Source: a virus. Taken from it: a stretch of DNA of 64,000 bases. The translations under genes were made by a program, and so were the position numbers. The stretch is from IMG/VR virus record IMGVR_UViG_3300031576_000013, positions 30,809 to 94,808 of that record, one strand, 5' to 3'. Positions 44,358 through 53,184 of this stretch are shown here, piece by piece (the first letter of the stretch is position 1; each line of letters begins with the position of its first letter). A model generated the notes under the pieces. That model was given only the letters and a program-made list of their open reading frames with translations, did no database searches and was not told the DNA's origin.

Positions 44358-46412
44358 TCATTTCGCAGAGGGTTGAGTCCACGGTGCTATGTCGTAAAGG
44401 TTACTGGCCGTACCGTGCGACGAACAGTAATCATGGAATTTACACACTCCGTAGCCACGCGGGTTCTTGCACACCGCGAAGTTCATCGGCCAACGAGTTT
44501 CCTCCTTTGAATCGGCGGCCACTTTGTCTTCAAGCCTGTGAACGACGGGCTGAAGCGTCTCCGCAAAGCGCTTCACATCTTCGGGAGAGATTACGACTTC
44601 GAGCCGGCGACATTCGGGGGTCGCCGTCTTCGTAATGATGTTGATGATGAATCCGTTCAGCGGCCCGAAGACGCGATCAAGGGCGAGTTGCCACCAGATC
44701 CACGCCATGAGCAGGAACTGGCCGTCCATCCCATAACCGTCAACGACGTCGCGTGTGATACGGGCGAGGCAATTATGTGTGATTAAATCGGCTACAATAA
44801 ATGTATGTGTATCCGCGACCGTAAAATCAAAACAGGTTTCTGACGGTAAAATCATTACGTATTTGACTGCGTCTTCATAAATACCGTCAACCACTTTGGG
44901 TTGTTTGCCCATTGTTCTGAGCGATGTTTGGACGCGCAAAGCTTCGATTGCAGCGTCGTACAAGCGCGGTACGGGAATAATCTTTGCAATAACCTGGTTG
45001 AGGAATTCGATCTTGGATTGGCGCCCGACGATTGCTATTTGAGTGTAGGGAACGCGTTTACCTCTATAAGCAACGGTTGACCGTTGTAAAGTTGAAACGA
45101 AACCAATACGCGTGAGTAAGTGCTGCACCTGCAACGCCAGCAGTTCCGACGTAGTTGTATAGGCAATTCTTATCTTTACGCGCCCTTTCTCTGCGATTGA
45201 ATAAATCGCGCCATCACCGGACCACAGCATTCCGATTAGATTCTTGACCAAATCAGATGGCCCATCGAGATATTCATCCGGAATGCGTTTGACCTTAGCG
45301 TGTCGGCCAATAACGTTGGTTGGTGGTAGGATTTTTTGCGTAAACGATGTGACGACAAACTTATCTGGTCGTACATACGTTGACATTCTTCCGCCAAGAA
45401 ATTTGATGTCCGAGTGAATCTGCGCATTGTGTTTGGCGTCGTGCTTACCAATCATTAGCACGCGGGTTCCCACGCATCCGTCGCTAATATATGCACCCAA
45501 CAATCTGGCACGAGCGAGCATTTCTAACGAACTGTGTTGATTCTCAAACGAATCGTGGCACGCGATGCTAACGCGATCTCGATCCGTTACGGCTTCGCAA
45601 GGGATGTACCCTCGTTGCGTTCTAATCGGATGATTTAAACCTAGCCTAAATTGTCTGCCGCTGATTGTCTCGATTAGGACGATTGGTTTGGCTGGTATTT
45701 CGTAGCCGGCAACGATAGGCTTATAAACGTACTCGCGCTTTGCGTCGTCGAAGCTTTCGGCTTCGACAGTCTGTTTATTTTTAATGCGCTTGAAAATTTC
45801 TGCGGCGGTCATCATTCCACCACGTATCCGAATCCGGGCTGATCCTGGAACACATTTATGGTCAACTATATATACGCCGTCTTGGCACGGCCCATATGGC
45901 GCGGGCTGCGCATCTGCGGCCTTCTTTCGAATCAGCAAATCGATTCGAGACGAAATCGGCCCGCCGTCGTTCGTTGACAGGCCGGCATTACCGACTATTT
46001 CGTGCTCGACTGCACGGATGTCCCATGTTTTCGCGTCTTCTTCGCCGTACTTGGCGAAGTAAGCATTCAGCAATCGAGTGACTTCGGCAGCAAGCTCAGG
46101 CACTTCGTCTTTGATTGCGAGGATCGGCTCCCAAGTTTTAATGCCGCCCGATGAAAAATGCGCAGCGAGACACGCGTGCGCGAGTGTCCCAATGTCAAGC
46201 GCAGGCGAGTTCTTACGCTGGCGAAGTTTCTTGATCGATTCGAGAAAGTACATGCGCTCGCAAATCATGAAGGATGAGATCTTCGACCAGCCGCGAACTG
46301 AAGGACCGCCGAGGTACTCGGCGGCCAATTTGCGTCCAAGCAAGTCCGCGACGTGTGGGCGCACGACGAACAGATCGGCGGGTACAATCTTACTCATCGA
46401 TCCCGTACCCAC
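44358..46412 (-). CDS. PD-(D/E)xK exonuclease (Cas4/RecB-like, 1+3 Cys) with intein
   Basis: CER, GTLAH, VE, RIDL, VDHK, C-terminal C..C.F...C. Confidence 0.85.
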   Translation of the reverse strand: MGTGSMSKIVPADLFVVRPHVADLLGRKLAAEYLGGPSVRGWSKISSFMICERMYFLESIKKLRQRKNSPALDIGTLAHACLAAHFSSGGIKTWEPILAIKDEVPELAAEVTRLLNAYFAKYGEEDAKTWDIRAVEHEIVGNAGLSTNDGGPISSRIDLLIRKKAADAQPAPYGPCQDGVYIVDHKCVPGSARIRIRGGMMTAAEIFKRIKNKQTVEAESFDDAKREYVYKPIVAGYEIPAKPIVLIETISGRQFRLGLNHPIRTQRGYIPCEAVTDRDRVSIACHDSFENQHSSLEMLARARLLGAYISDGCVGTRVLMIGKHDAKHNAQIHSDIKFLGGRMSTYVRPDKFVVTSFTQKILPPTNVIGRHAKVKRIPDEYLDGPSDLVKNLIGMLWSGDGAIYSIAEKGRVKIRIAYTTTSELLALQVQHLLTRIGFVSTLQRSTVAYRGKRVPYTQIAIVGRQSKIEFLNQVIAKIIPVPRLYDAAIEALRVQTSLRTMGKQPKVVDGIYEDAVKYVMILPSETCFDFTVADTHTFIVADLITHNCLARITRDVVDGYGMDGQFLLMAWIWWQLALDRVFGPLNGFIINIITKTATPECRRLEVVISPEDVKRFAETLQPVVHRLEDKVAADSKEETRWPMNFAVCKNPRGYGVCKFHDYCSSHGTASNLYDIAPWTQPSAK
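44772..45854 (-). mobile_element. Intein with LAGLIDADG endonuclease in exonuclease (361 aa)
   Basis: VDHK/CVPGS...NHP...LGAYISDG...LWSGDG...ITHN/CLA. Confidence 0.9.
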
Positions 46413-48087
46413 CCGCGTCGATCATCGCGGTTACTTGATTCACAAAACTGCTTAGATCGTCGTCCGGCATTTTTGTTGACAAGGTTTTCACGAACTCGCC
46501 GGTGTCCGACACGATACCGACACTCTCAATCGCTTCGGCTTTGGTGAAAAGCGCTGTAATCAAATCTTCGTCGACGGTGTTTTCCGCGACGAGATATTGT
46601 ACGTGCACCGGTTTGATTTGTCCGGATCTGTGGAGGCGCCCTTCGGCTTGGAGTAAAACCGACGGCTTCCAGTACAAATCAGCGATGATCAACTCTTGGC
46701 AGGTAGCCAGCTGATTGATCGACTCGGACGCCGCAGCGAGCGTCGATACGAACGCAGCCGGTGATGTAACAGGTTCGGCCGCGAACGCGGTAGCGCAATC
46801 AATCCGCTTTTCTATACTGTCTTCTCCAGTTATGGGGCCGAATACGGTAACGCCACCCGCTTTCAAAGCTTTGGCGATTTCGCGGGCCGAGTTCTTAAAC
46901 CATGCGAATACAACGACCTTGCCGGCAGTTTTCGCGGCGGTTTCGGCAAGTTCGACGGCTATGTCGCGTTTTACACGCGACAAAATGCCGAGCATCGTTG
47001 TCAACTGAACGAGCCGCTCACCTGTGATACCGTTGACCAACCCGCGACCTTCGCTTTTCAAGAAGGCGCGTATGTCCAGCTCTGCGGCTTTGTATTTCGC
47101 GTATTCGTTTTGGTCGGCCTCATCGAGTTCCACGTTGATATGCTGGCGTGTAAGCGCCGGTAATTCAGCCATCACTTCATCTTTTGTGCGCCGGATCATC
47201 ACATCGGCAAGACGCAGCTTGAGCTCTTCGTTGTGCGATTCTCCCGCGTACGTCCAGCCGTATTCGCCATGCATACCGTTACAATAACGAAGTCCGAAGC
47301 TGTGGCGGTCGCCGAACGAATAAGGCTCGGCAAGATCGAGGAGCGCCCAAAGCTCTATACGCTTGTTTCGTACTGGCGTCGCCGTCAAAACGATCCGCTT
47401 CTCGACAGAAGCCAGTCGCGCGATGGATGATGCGGCTCGCCCGCGTCTTGTCTTCGGCGTTGCGTGATGCGCTTCGTCAAAGATCACGATCTTGGGGCGC
47501 AACTTGGTGAAGATCCAGGGCATCCACGCTTCGAGTATGTCGTAATGGCAAAAGAACCAACCGTCGTTTGGTTCATCAAAGACTTCACCGCTCGCATTCC
47601 TGCGCGAAGTTAGCGGCTTGACCTCGATGCCGTACCATTTCTTTGGTTCGCTAGCCGGACCGCACCAAACCCCGCGCGACAGCAGCGTTCCCACAACGAT
47701 GACAGGCTTCAAGCGTGTGCTGGTCGCTGTCGTCAACGCTTCGAGGCTTTTACCTAGTCCGAGATCGTCTGCATTGATCGTTCCGGCGCGAGCGTACATG
47801 AAGTCGAAAGCGTCCCATTGATACTGGCGCAATTGCGGTGCGTAGCTTCGGTCCGGACTGTCACCAGGAGATCGTTCGAACACAATCTCGGCATCGTTCA
47901 TTACGTGGACGAGACTTCGGTGTAAATACAAGATGCGGTTCTTCTCGTATGCGCCGGGGAGTACCTTAACACGCGGTACATCTTCGTCGTCACAATTGAC
48001 GAGGTAGTACCAATCAGGCCGCTCCGACTTAGCGACTTGTATCTTCGAGCGAGCTGGGGCCATCTGGCCCGACGATCCGGGTGCCAC
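46390..48087 (-). CDS. SNF2-family helicase
   Basis: ADDLGLGKS, DEAH, LTATP, IRRTK, QAEGRLHRSGQ. Confidence 0.9.
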   Translation of the reverse strand: MAPGSSGQMAPARSKIQVAKSERPDWYYLVNCDDEDVPRVKVLPGAYEKNRILYLHRSLVHVMNDAEIVFERSPGDSPDRSYAPQLRQYQWDAFDFMYARAGTINADDLGLGKSLEALTTATSTRLKPVIVVGTLLSRGVWCGPASEPKKWYGIEVKPLTSRRNASGEVFDEPNDGWFFCHYDILEAWMPWIFTKLRPKIVIFDEAHHATPKTRRGRAASSIARLASVEKRIVLTATPVRNKRIELWALLDLAEPYSFGDRHSFGLRYCNGMHGEYGWTYAGESHNEELKLRLADVMIRRTKDEVMAELPALTRQHINVELDEADQNEYAKYKAAELDIRAFLKSEGRGLVNGITGERLVQLTTMLGILSRVKRDIAVELAETAAKTAGKVVVFAWFKNSAREIAKALKAGGVTVFGPITGEDSIEKRIDCATAFAAEPVTSPAAFVSTLAAASESINQLATCQELIIADLYWKPSVLLQAEGRLHRSGQIKPVHVQYLVAENTVDEDLITALFTKAEAIESVGIVSDTGEFVKTLSTKMPDDDLSSFVNQVTAMIDAGGYGIDE

Positions 48088-48100
48088 GTCCAGGTTCTCC

Positions 48101-50458
48101 TTGTATCACATGGGGCTCTTCGCCGTCAAGATCCCCTTGCGGTGTGGAGCGAAAAAGTGTACCCTTCCTCTTCCTGGACGTGGCGTCGATGGTACGTCCA
48201 TCGACGGCTTGGAGGTACTCGTGTCTACGAACGGCACCTCAGACGAACACCCGATCGCATTAGCCGACGAGCCATCTGACTCGCCGCCCAACGAGCAGGC
48301 GGTACCGACGCAGTTCACCCCGGAGCCTCCTCTCGAACCCTCGACGTGGCTTCCGCCGGACGTCGCGGCCATCTGGGCTAGCCGCGTCAAGCTACCGTAC
48401 ATCCCGACGTTCTCGGACAAGATCAATAAGTGCATCGGCGGTGGCTTGCGAGCGACGGGAACCTACGTTTGTACCGGTGGACCTGGCGTTGGAAAAGCTC
48501 AGCCACTCGATGCAAAAGTTCTAACACCGCGCGGCTTCGTTCCTATCGGGGCTATCCGCGTCGGCGACGACGTAATCGGCGTCGATGGCAAACCGCATGT
48601 AGTAATTGGGGTTTTTCCTCAAGGAAAAAGAGAAGTCTTCCGCGTCGTGACGTCTGATAAGCGCGCGACCGAGACTTGCGCGGATCATTTGTGGTTTACG
48701 AGAACACGTAGTGACGTTCGTGAAGGACGGCCGGGGCAAGTACGGACCCTCTCGGAGATTCGTAAACAGCTCGTGATCGGAAATGATCGCCTAAATCATC
48801 GACTGCCACAAATTGCGCCTGTTCACTTCGAAGCCGATCCGATTTTGCCACTTCATCCTTACGTTTTAGGGGCATTGTTAGGAGACGGTTGTTTGAAAGC
48901 ACGGCGCTTTACCAATCCAGAAACAGATATTCGTGATCGTGTCGCGAATTTTTTGCCTGTCGAAGACGAAATGGGCGAAGTCCTTGTCGATGGGATGACC
49001 TGCCAAATACGCAAACGTGTTCGTACAAATCTTATACGATCTAAGACACATTCAGCACTATGTACTTTGGGGCTCGAGTCTGCAAACGCGTATAATAAAT
49101 TCATTCCAGCGGTCTATCTAACCGCGAGCATTGAAGACAGACTCGAAGTTCTTCGCGGACTATTCGATACTGACGGCCACGTCGATAAAGATCACGTCGA
49201 ATATGCGTCAGCATCACCTAGATTGCGTGATGACGTTGTCTTCCTTGTAAGATCGCTGGGTGGCATCGCGACATTAGATGAACGCGTGCCACATTTTTCA
49301 TACAAAGGTGAACGCCGTGCTGGGGCGATTTCATATCGCGCGATAATTCACTTCAACAATGACGTAGTGCCTATTGCTTCATTGAAGCACAATGCAAAAT
49401 GGCGAGTTAATCACCATCAGAGTCATGTTAAAATTGCTGAAATAACCCTGATTGGCAAGAAAGAGTGCGTTTGCATCGCAATAGATAGCGTCGACCGGCT
49501 ATATATAACCGACGACTTTATTCCCACACACAACTCCACGATGGCCCTCGACGTTGCTGACGCTGCCATCCAACATGGTTTCCCCGTTATCTACGTAAGT
49601 TCGGAACTGACTTCTCAACTTCTTCTTGCGCGTTTCGCCGCGAAGAAACTTGGCGCCGGTTGGCTGGAGATGATCGACTCCGACGATCCGAAGCTGACCG
49701 AAACCAGCGAGGCCCTTTTTCAATCTGTTCGCCGGCATTTATGGGTCTTGGACCCAGAGCAGGCGCAGCAGTTTCCGTTATACGTTCGCGAGATCCGTAG
49801 TCGTCTGAGTCGTGAAGTCGGATACCAGGTGATGCCTTTGGTGATCATCGATTATATCCAAGATCTCGCTCAGCCTCGTGTTTCGCGCGGAAAAGATCAC
49901 CGCACGGCGGTAGGAGAAATCTCACGAGAGCTGCGTATGATGGCTGAACGCGAATTCCTGCCGATTTGGATTGTATCGTCCACGAGCCGGTCTTTCTACG
50001 CGAACGCCGAAGAAACTGATGACTCGATGTTGATCGCGTCCGCTAAAGAAAGTGGCGAAGTCGAATACAATGTGAACGCTTTGTTTCACGTACGCCGGCG
50101 CGATACGGGGTCTAAGAAGAACTTAGAACTGATGATCGTGAAAAACAGGTTCGGTGAAAATCCCGTGTCTGTCGTGTTCGGTTTTAACCCGAAGACCGGT
50201 GCGATGTTCCAGACTTCGCAGACCGGCGAACAGCTCGCGCTCGAGAGCTTGAAGGCACAAGTTTACGAGCTGATCAAGCTGCATCCGGGCAAATTCACGT
50301 CTGCGAAACAGATCGCCGCCACCCTCGGCGTCAAATTAGCTGTCGCCAAATTCACCTTGGATTCTCTCGAAACCGATCCATACCAAAAAATCACGGCAAA
50401 CAAGGACGGTCTTACAGGTTATTTCGTCACAGACGACGCGCCTGAAATTTTTAGCTGA
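48101..50458 (+). CDS. DnaB-like replicative helicase with intein (start uncertain)
   Basis: GGPGVGK/ST, YVSSE, IIDYIQ, KESGEVEY, VKNRFG. Confidence 0.85.
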   Translation: MYHMGLFAVKIPLRCGAKKCTLPLPGRGVDGTSIDGLEVLVSTNGTSDEHPIALADEPSDSPPNEQAVPTQFTPEPPLEPSTWLPPDVAAIWASRVKLPYIPTFSDKINKCIGGGLRATGTYVCTGGPGVGKAQPLDAKVLTPRGFVPIGAIRVGDDVIGVDGKPHVVIGVFPQGKREVFRVVTSDKRATETCADHLWFTRTRSDVREGRPGQVRTLSEIRKQLVIGNDRLNHRLPQIAPVHFEADPILPLHPYVLGALLGDGCLKARRFTNPETDIRDRVANFLPVEDEMGEVLVDGMTCQIRKRVRTNLIRSKTHSALCTLGLESANAYNKFIPAVYLTASIEDRLEVLRGLFDTDGHVDKDHVEYASASPRLRDDVVFLVRSLGGIATLDERVPHFSYKGERRAGAISYRAIIHFNNDVVPIASLKHNAKWRVNHHQSHVKIAEITLIGKKECVCIAIDSVDRLYITDDFIPTHNSTMALDVADAAIQHGFPVIYVSSELTSQLLLARFAAKKLGAGWLEMIDSDDPKLTETSEALFQSVRRHLWVLDPEQAQQFPLYVREIRSRLSREVGYQVMPLVIIDYIQDLAQPRVSRGKDHRTAVGEISRELRMMAEREFLPIWIVSSTSRSFYANAEETDDSMLIASAKESGEVEYNVNALFHVRRRDTGSKKNLELMIVKNRFGENPVSVVFGFNPKTGAMFQTSQTGEQLALESLKAQVYELIKLHPGKFTSAKQIAATLGVKLAVAKFTLDSLETDPYQKITANKDGLTGYFVTDDAPEIFS
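48497..49534 (+). mobile_element. Class 3 (Ala1) intein with LAGLIDADG endonuclease (346 aa)
   Basis: GK/AQPLDAKV...DHLW...LLGDG...LFDTDG...CVCI...PTHN/ST; W-C-T triplet present. Confidence 0.9.
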
Positions 50459-50645
50459 TGTGTTTCCAAAACTGCGGTTGCCGCTCAATAGTTAGGGACG
50501 AAACCGGCTGATTTGCAGCGATTTCGAGCGCGATCCAACGGCCCATATGATCGCGGTCGACAAGTTCCACGGTTATTTCGGCGGTGCCTTTTTGCAACTT
50601 GAGACGGTTACCGGTTTTCAGCTTGTTCCAATCATCTGTTGTCAT
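50451..50645 (-). CDS. Hypothetical protein
   Basis: 64 aa with AAGGGG SD. Confidence 0.55.
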   Translation of the reverse strand: MTTDDWNKLKTGNRLKLQKGTAEITVELVDRDHMGRWIALEIAANQPVSSLTIERQPQFWKHIS

Positions 50646-50764
50646 GCGTTATCCCCTTGACTACAGGTTACGTAACTGTTACATCTGGGACGCCGCCCTG
50701 CGGGTCGCCCATAATAGGCGACCGACCTCGGTGCCACGTCCAGTAGCCCGAGCCGGGTCTCCCG

Positions 50765-51214
50765 TCAGGGGCGGCTTAAATTCAATGCTGTAGATGATCG
50801 CTTTCGGAACGTCTCCGCGAATGCGACTACCTGCGTGACGGCACCGATCAAAATCTGCACCCTTGGATGATCCAAGAACGCGCAGTGATGTCTGTAACCA
50901 GCGATCAAATCAACCTCGCTATCCGCGTGGACGATAATCGGCAAGTTTCTGGCAAGAGCTACGCCAAGCTCCACATAGGAGCCTCGGCCGCACGGCAGCA
51001 ATTGAATAAACAAATCCGCTGTCGTAATCCCGGTGATTTCTTGCAAAGCGCATTGGCGTCGCGCCTCGATCCCTCCTTTGTAAGATAGCCCTCGTAGATC
51101 GGGGTGCGTGGTCCAGTCGTAAGTTACGTTCCAGCCGTGTTCAGTCATCGCAGCGATCAAGGCTGAAACCTCGTTAGCGCGTGTTAACGACGAAGCGACG
51201 TAGAACGCGGTCAT
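50765..51214 (-). CDS. Nucleoside 2-deoxyribosyltransferase-like protein
   Basis: FYVASS, VTYDW, E..GI..AD, GRGSYVELG.A; start moved to the ATG overlapping the UvrD stop (ATGA). Confidence 0.75.
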   Translation of the reverse strand: MTAFYVASSLTRANEVSALIAAMTEHGWNVTYDWTTHPDLRGLSYKGGIEARRQCALQEITGITTADLFIQLLPCGRGSYVELGVALARNLPIIVHADSEVDLIAGYRHHCAFLDHPRVQILIGAVTQVVAFAETFRKRSSTALNLSRP

Positions 51215-53184
51215 CGCCGAGCTGCTGCTACTTGGGTGCGCGCTAAAGTTAGATAGGGGATCGCTGCTTGTTCTATGAACGGCGCCGGTCTGCCTGCCGC
51301 TTCGCCGGTCACCTTGAATACCTTCCGTGTCCAAGAACAGCGAAACCTTCGTTTTGCACGTGTGAGACAGACATACGCTAAACGAACTTCTTCATCCTTG
51401 TCCGGATTTTTATAGTGCGGAAGCGTGCCGTCGTTCCAGCCTATCCCGTAGACGTGAGACCATTCTTGCCCTTTCGATCGATGGATTGACGACAACACGA
51501 CCGCATTTGGTTTTTTCGACGATCGTGCTTCGCGTACTGCGGCTTCCATCGCGTCCATGTAATCGAGAAACTCGTTGACCGAGCTGAACCGGTTCGCAGT
51601 CGCGAGAAATTGGTGGACGATCGCAGCTTTGTCGCTGTCAGGATCCGGCCCTTCGCTGCCGACTTCGATCTTGAGCTTTTGGAAGTACTGAGTCGTCGAA
51701 GTCAAAAAGCGGAGAATGTCGAACGGACGCTTGCCGGCGATATACAAGCCGTTCAAGTTTGCCATCAACGCCTTGAACTCCAAGCCCCGCTTACGCTGAT
51801 AAGGTTTGGGAGGATCGAAACGCTCGACGGCGTCCATGAACGCGATGCCATGATCGCGCGCAAAATCATCGACGCCTTGGACGTACGCCTTCCCGAGCTT
51901 ACGTGCCGGAACGTGGATGATCCGTTTGACCCAACGTTCGTCAGGGTCGCGTAACGCAGCGACGCGAAGGTAGCCGAGCAGATCCTTGACCTCGCGCCGT
52001 TCGTACATGCTTGCACCACTCCACACGACGTAGGGGATACCCTCTTTAAGCAGCGCGTCCTCGATCGGAGGCAGCAACGCCGTCGTGCGATACAAGATCG
52101 CGACATCGCCAGGCGTAATCCCATCTGCAAATAGCGTGCGAATCTCGGAACTGATCATCGATGCTTCTTCGGTCGGCGAATCGTAAACATTTGCGCCGAC
52201 AGAATCTGGGTCATTGGGCGCTTGATCATGCGGAATCGTTGCACCCGTCACATTCCAGTCGTACGACGCAACGAGTGCCGTTGCGCTTTGGCATATTTGA
52301 CGCGTCGATCGGTAGTTGACAGGCAACCGCTTGAGTGTGAACTCACGCGCAAAACTAACGAATTCTTCCGGCTCAGCACCGCGCCACCGATATATGCTTT
52401 GTACGGGATCGCCGACAAGCATCACGTTTCGTTGTTTCTCGATAAGAATACGTACAACCGCGTTTTGTACGATGCTGGAATCCTGTGATTCGTCGATAAG
52501 CAGGTAGTCAAAACGCGCTTGCCATTTCGCCCGCGCAGCACCGTCATCGACCAACGTCAACCAACCCAGCAACAGCATGTCGTCGTAATTGATCAATTGC
52601 CGCTGGAGACGCGCCTCTTCAAAACGTCGGTAGACATCGGTGTAAACCCGGAACAGCCAGGGCGTCTCCGTGCGCGCTTTGAATAACTGAGCGATCTTGT
52701 CTTGATTAGCGGTCCATAGATCGGGATGCGCCGAAAGCGCGGCCCCTTTAGCCAAACTTATCAGGCGGGCGGCTTCACCGTAATCTAGACCTCGATCACG
52801 GAGTTCCGGGCCGTTGACAATTTCTTTCAGCGCGTACGTTAAAGCATTACTATCGTCGAATTTGAATAAACCACCCCATTTATGTCCGTCCATTCGTAGA
52901 ATCTCGTTGCACAACGAGTGAATCGTGCCGATGCGAAGATCCTTAGCCACACCGAGCGCTAGGCAGCGGGAGTGCATTTCGCCGGCAGCATCCTTGCCGA
53001 ATGTAAATGCGCCGATCTTTAGCGGATCGATGCCGGCATAGATCAACTGCTCGATTCGAAGGGTTACGACCGTTGTCTTGCCTGCGCCGGCGGCTGCCGC
53101 TAGAACGAAACTTCCGTCTTGGGCGTGAACGGCATCGTGTTGATACTCGTTCAGGTTAACGTGGATCGGTCTCGTGCACGTCAT
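51211..53184 (-). CDS. UvrD/PcrA-like SF1 helicase
   Basis: AGAGKT, FTF, DESQD, VGDPVQSIYRWRGA, NYRS, ILYR, IHRSKGQEW, YVCLTRA. Confidence 0.93.
   Translation of the reverse strand: MTCTRPIHVNLNEYQHDAVHAQDGSFVLAAAAGAGKTTVVTLRIEQLIYAGIDPLKIGAFTFGKDAAGEMHSRCLALGVAKDLRIGTIHSLCNEILRMDGHKWGGLFKFDDSNALTYALKEIVNGPELRDRGLDYGEAARLISLAKGAALSAHPDLWTANQDKIAQLFKARTETPWLFRVYTDVYRRFEEARLQRQLINYDDMLLLGWLTLVDDGAARAKWQARFDYLLIDESQDSSIVQNAVVRILIEKQRNVMLVGDPVQSIYRWRGAEPEEFVSFAREFTLKRLPVNYRSTRQICQSATALVASYDWNVTGATIPHDQAPNDPDSVGANVYDSPTEEASMISSEIRTLFADGITPGDVAILYRTTALLPPIEDALLKEGIPYVVWSGASMYERREVKDLLGYLRVAALRDPDERWVKRIIHVPARKLGKAYVQGVDDFARDHGIAFMDAVERFDPPKPYQRKRGLEFKALMANLNGLYIAGKRPFDILRFLTSTTQYFQKLKIEVGSEGPDPDSDKAAIVHQFLATANRFSSVNEFLDYMDAMEAAVREARSSKKPNAVVLSSIHRSKGQEWSHVYGIGWNDGTLPHYKNPDKDEEVRLAYVCLTRAKRRFRCSWTRKVFKVTGEAAGRPAPFIEQAAIPYLTLARTQVAAARR

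Noticed and set aside
44358-46412. Cas4 as part of a CRISPR system
   Set aside because: Context is an exonuclease-Sak4-SSB recombination module with no cas genes.
51215-51334. N-terminal extension of the NDT-like ORF in the ORF track
   Set aside because: Overlaps the UvrD C-terminus; the ATGA-coupled start at 51214 fits the domain boundary.
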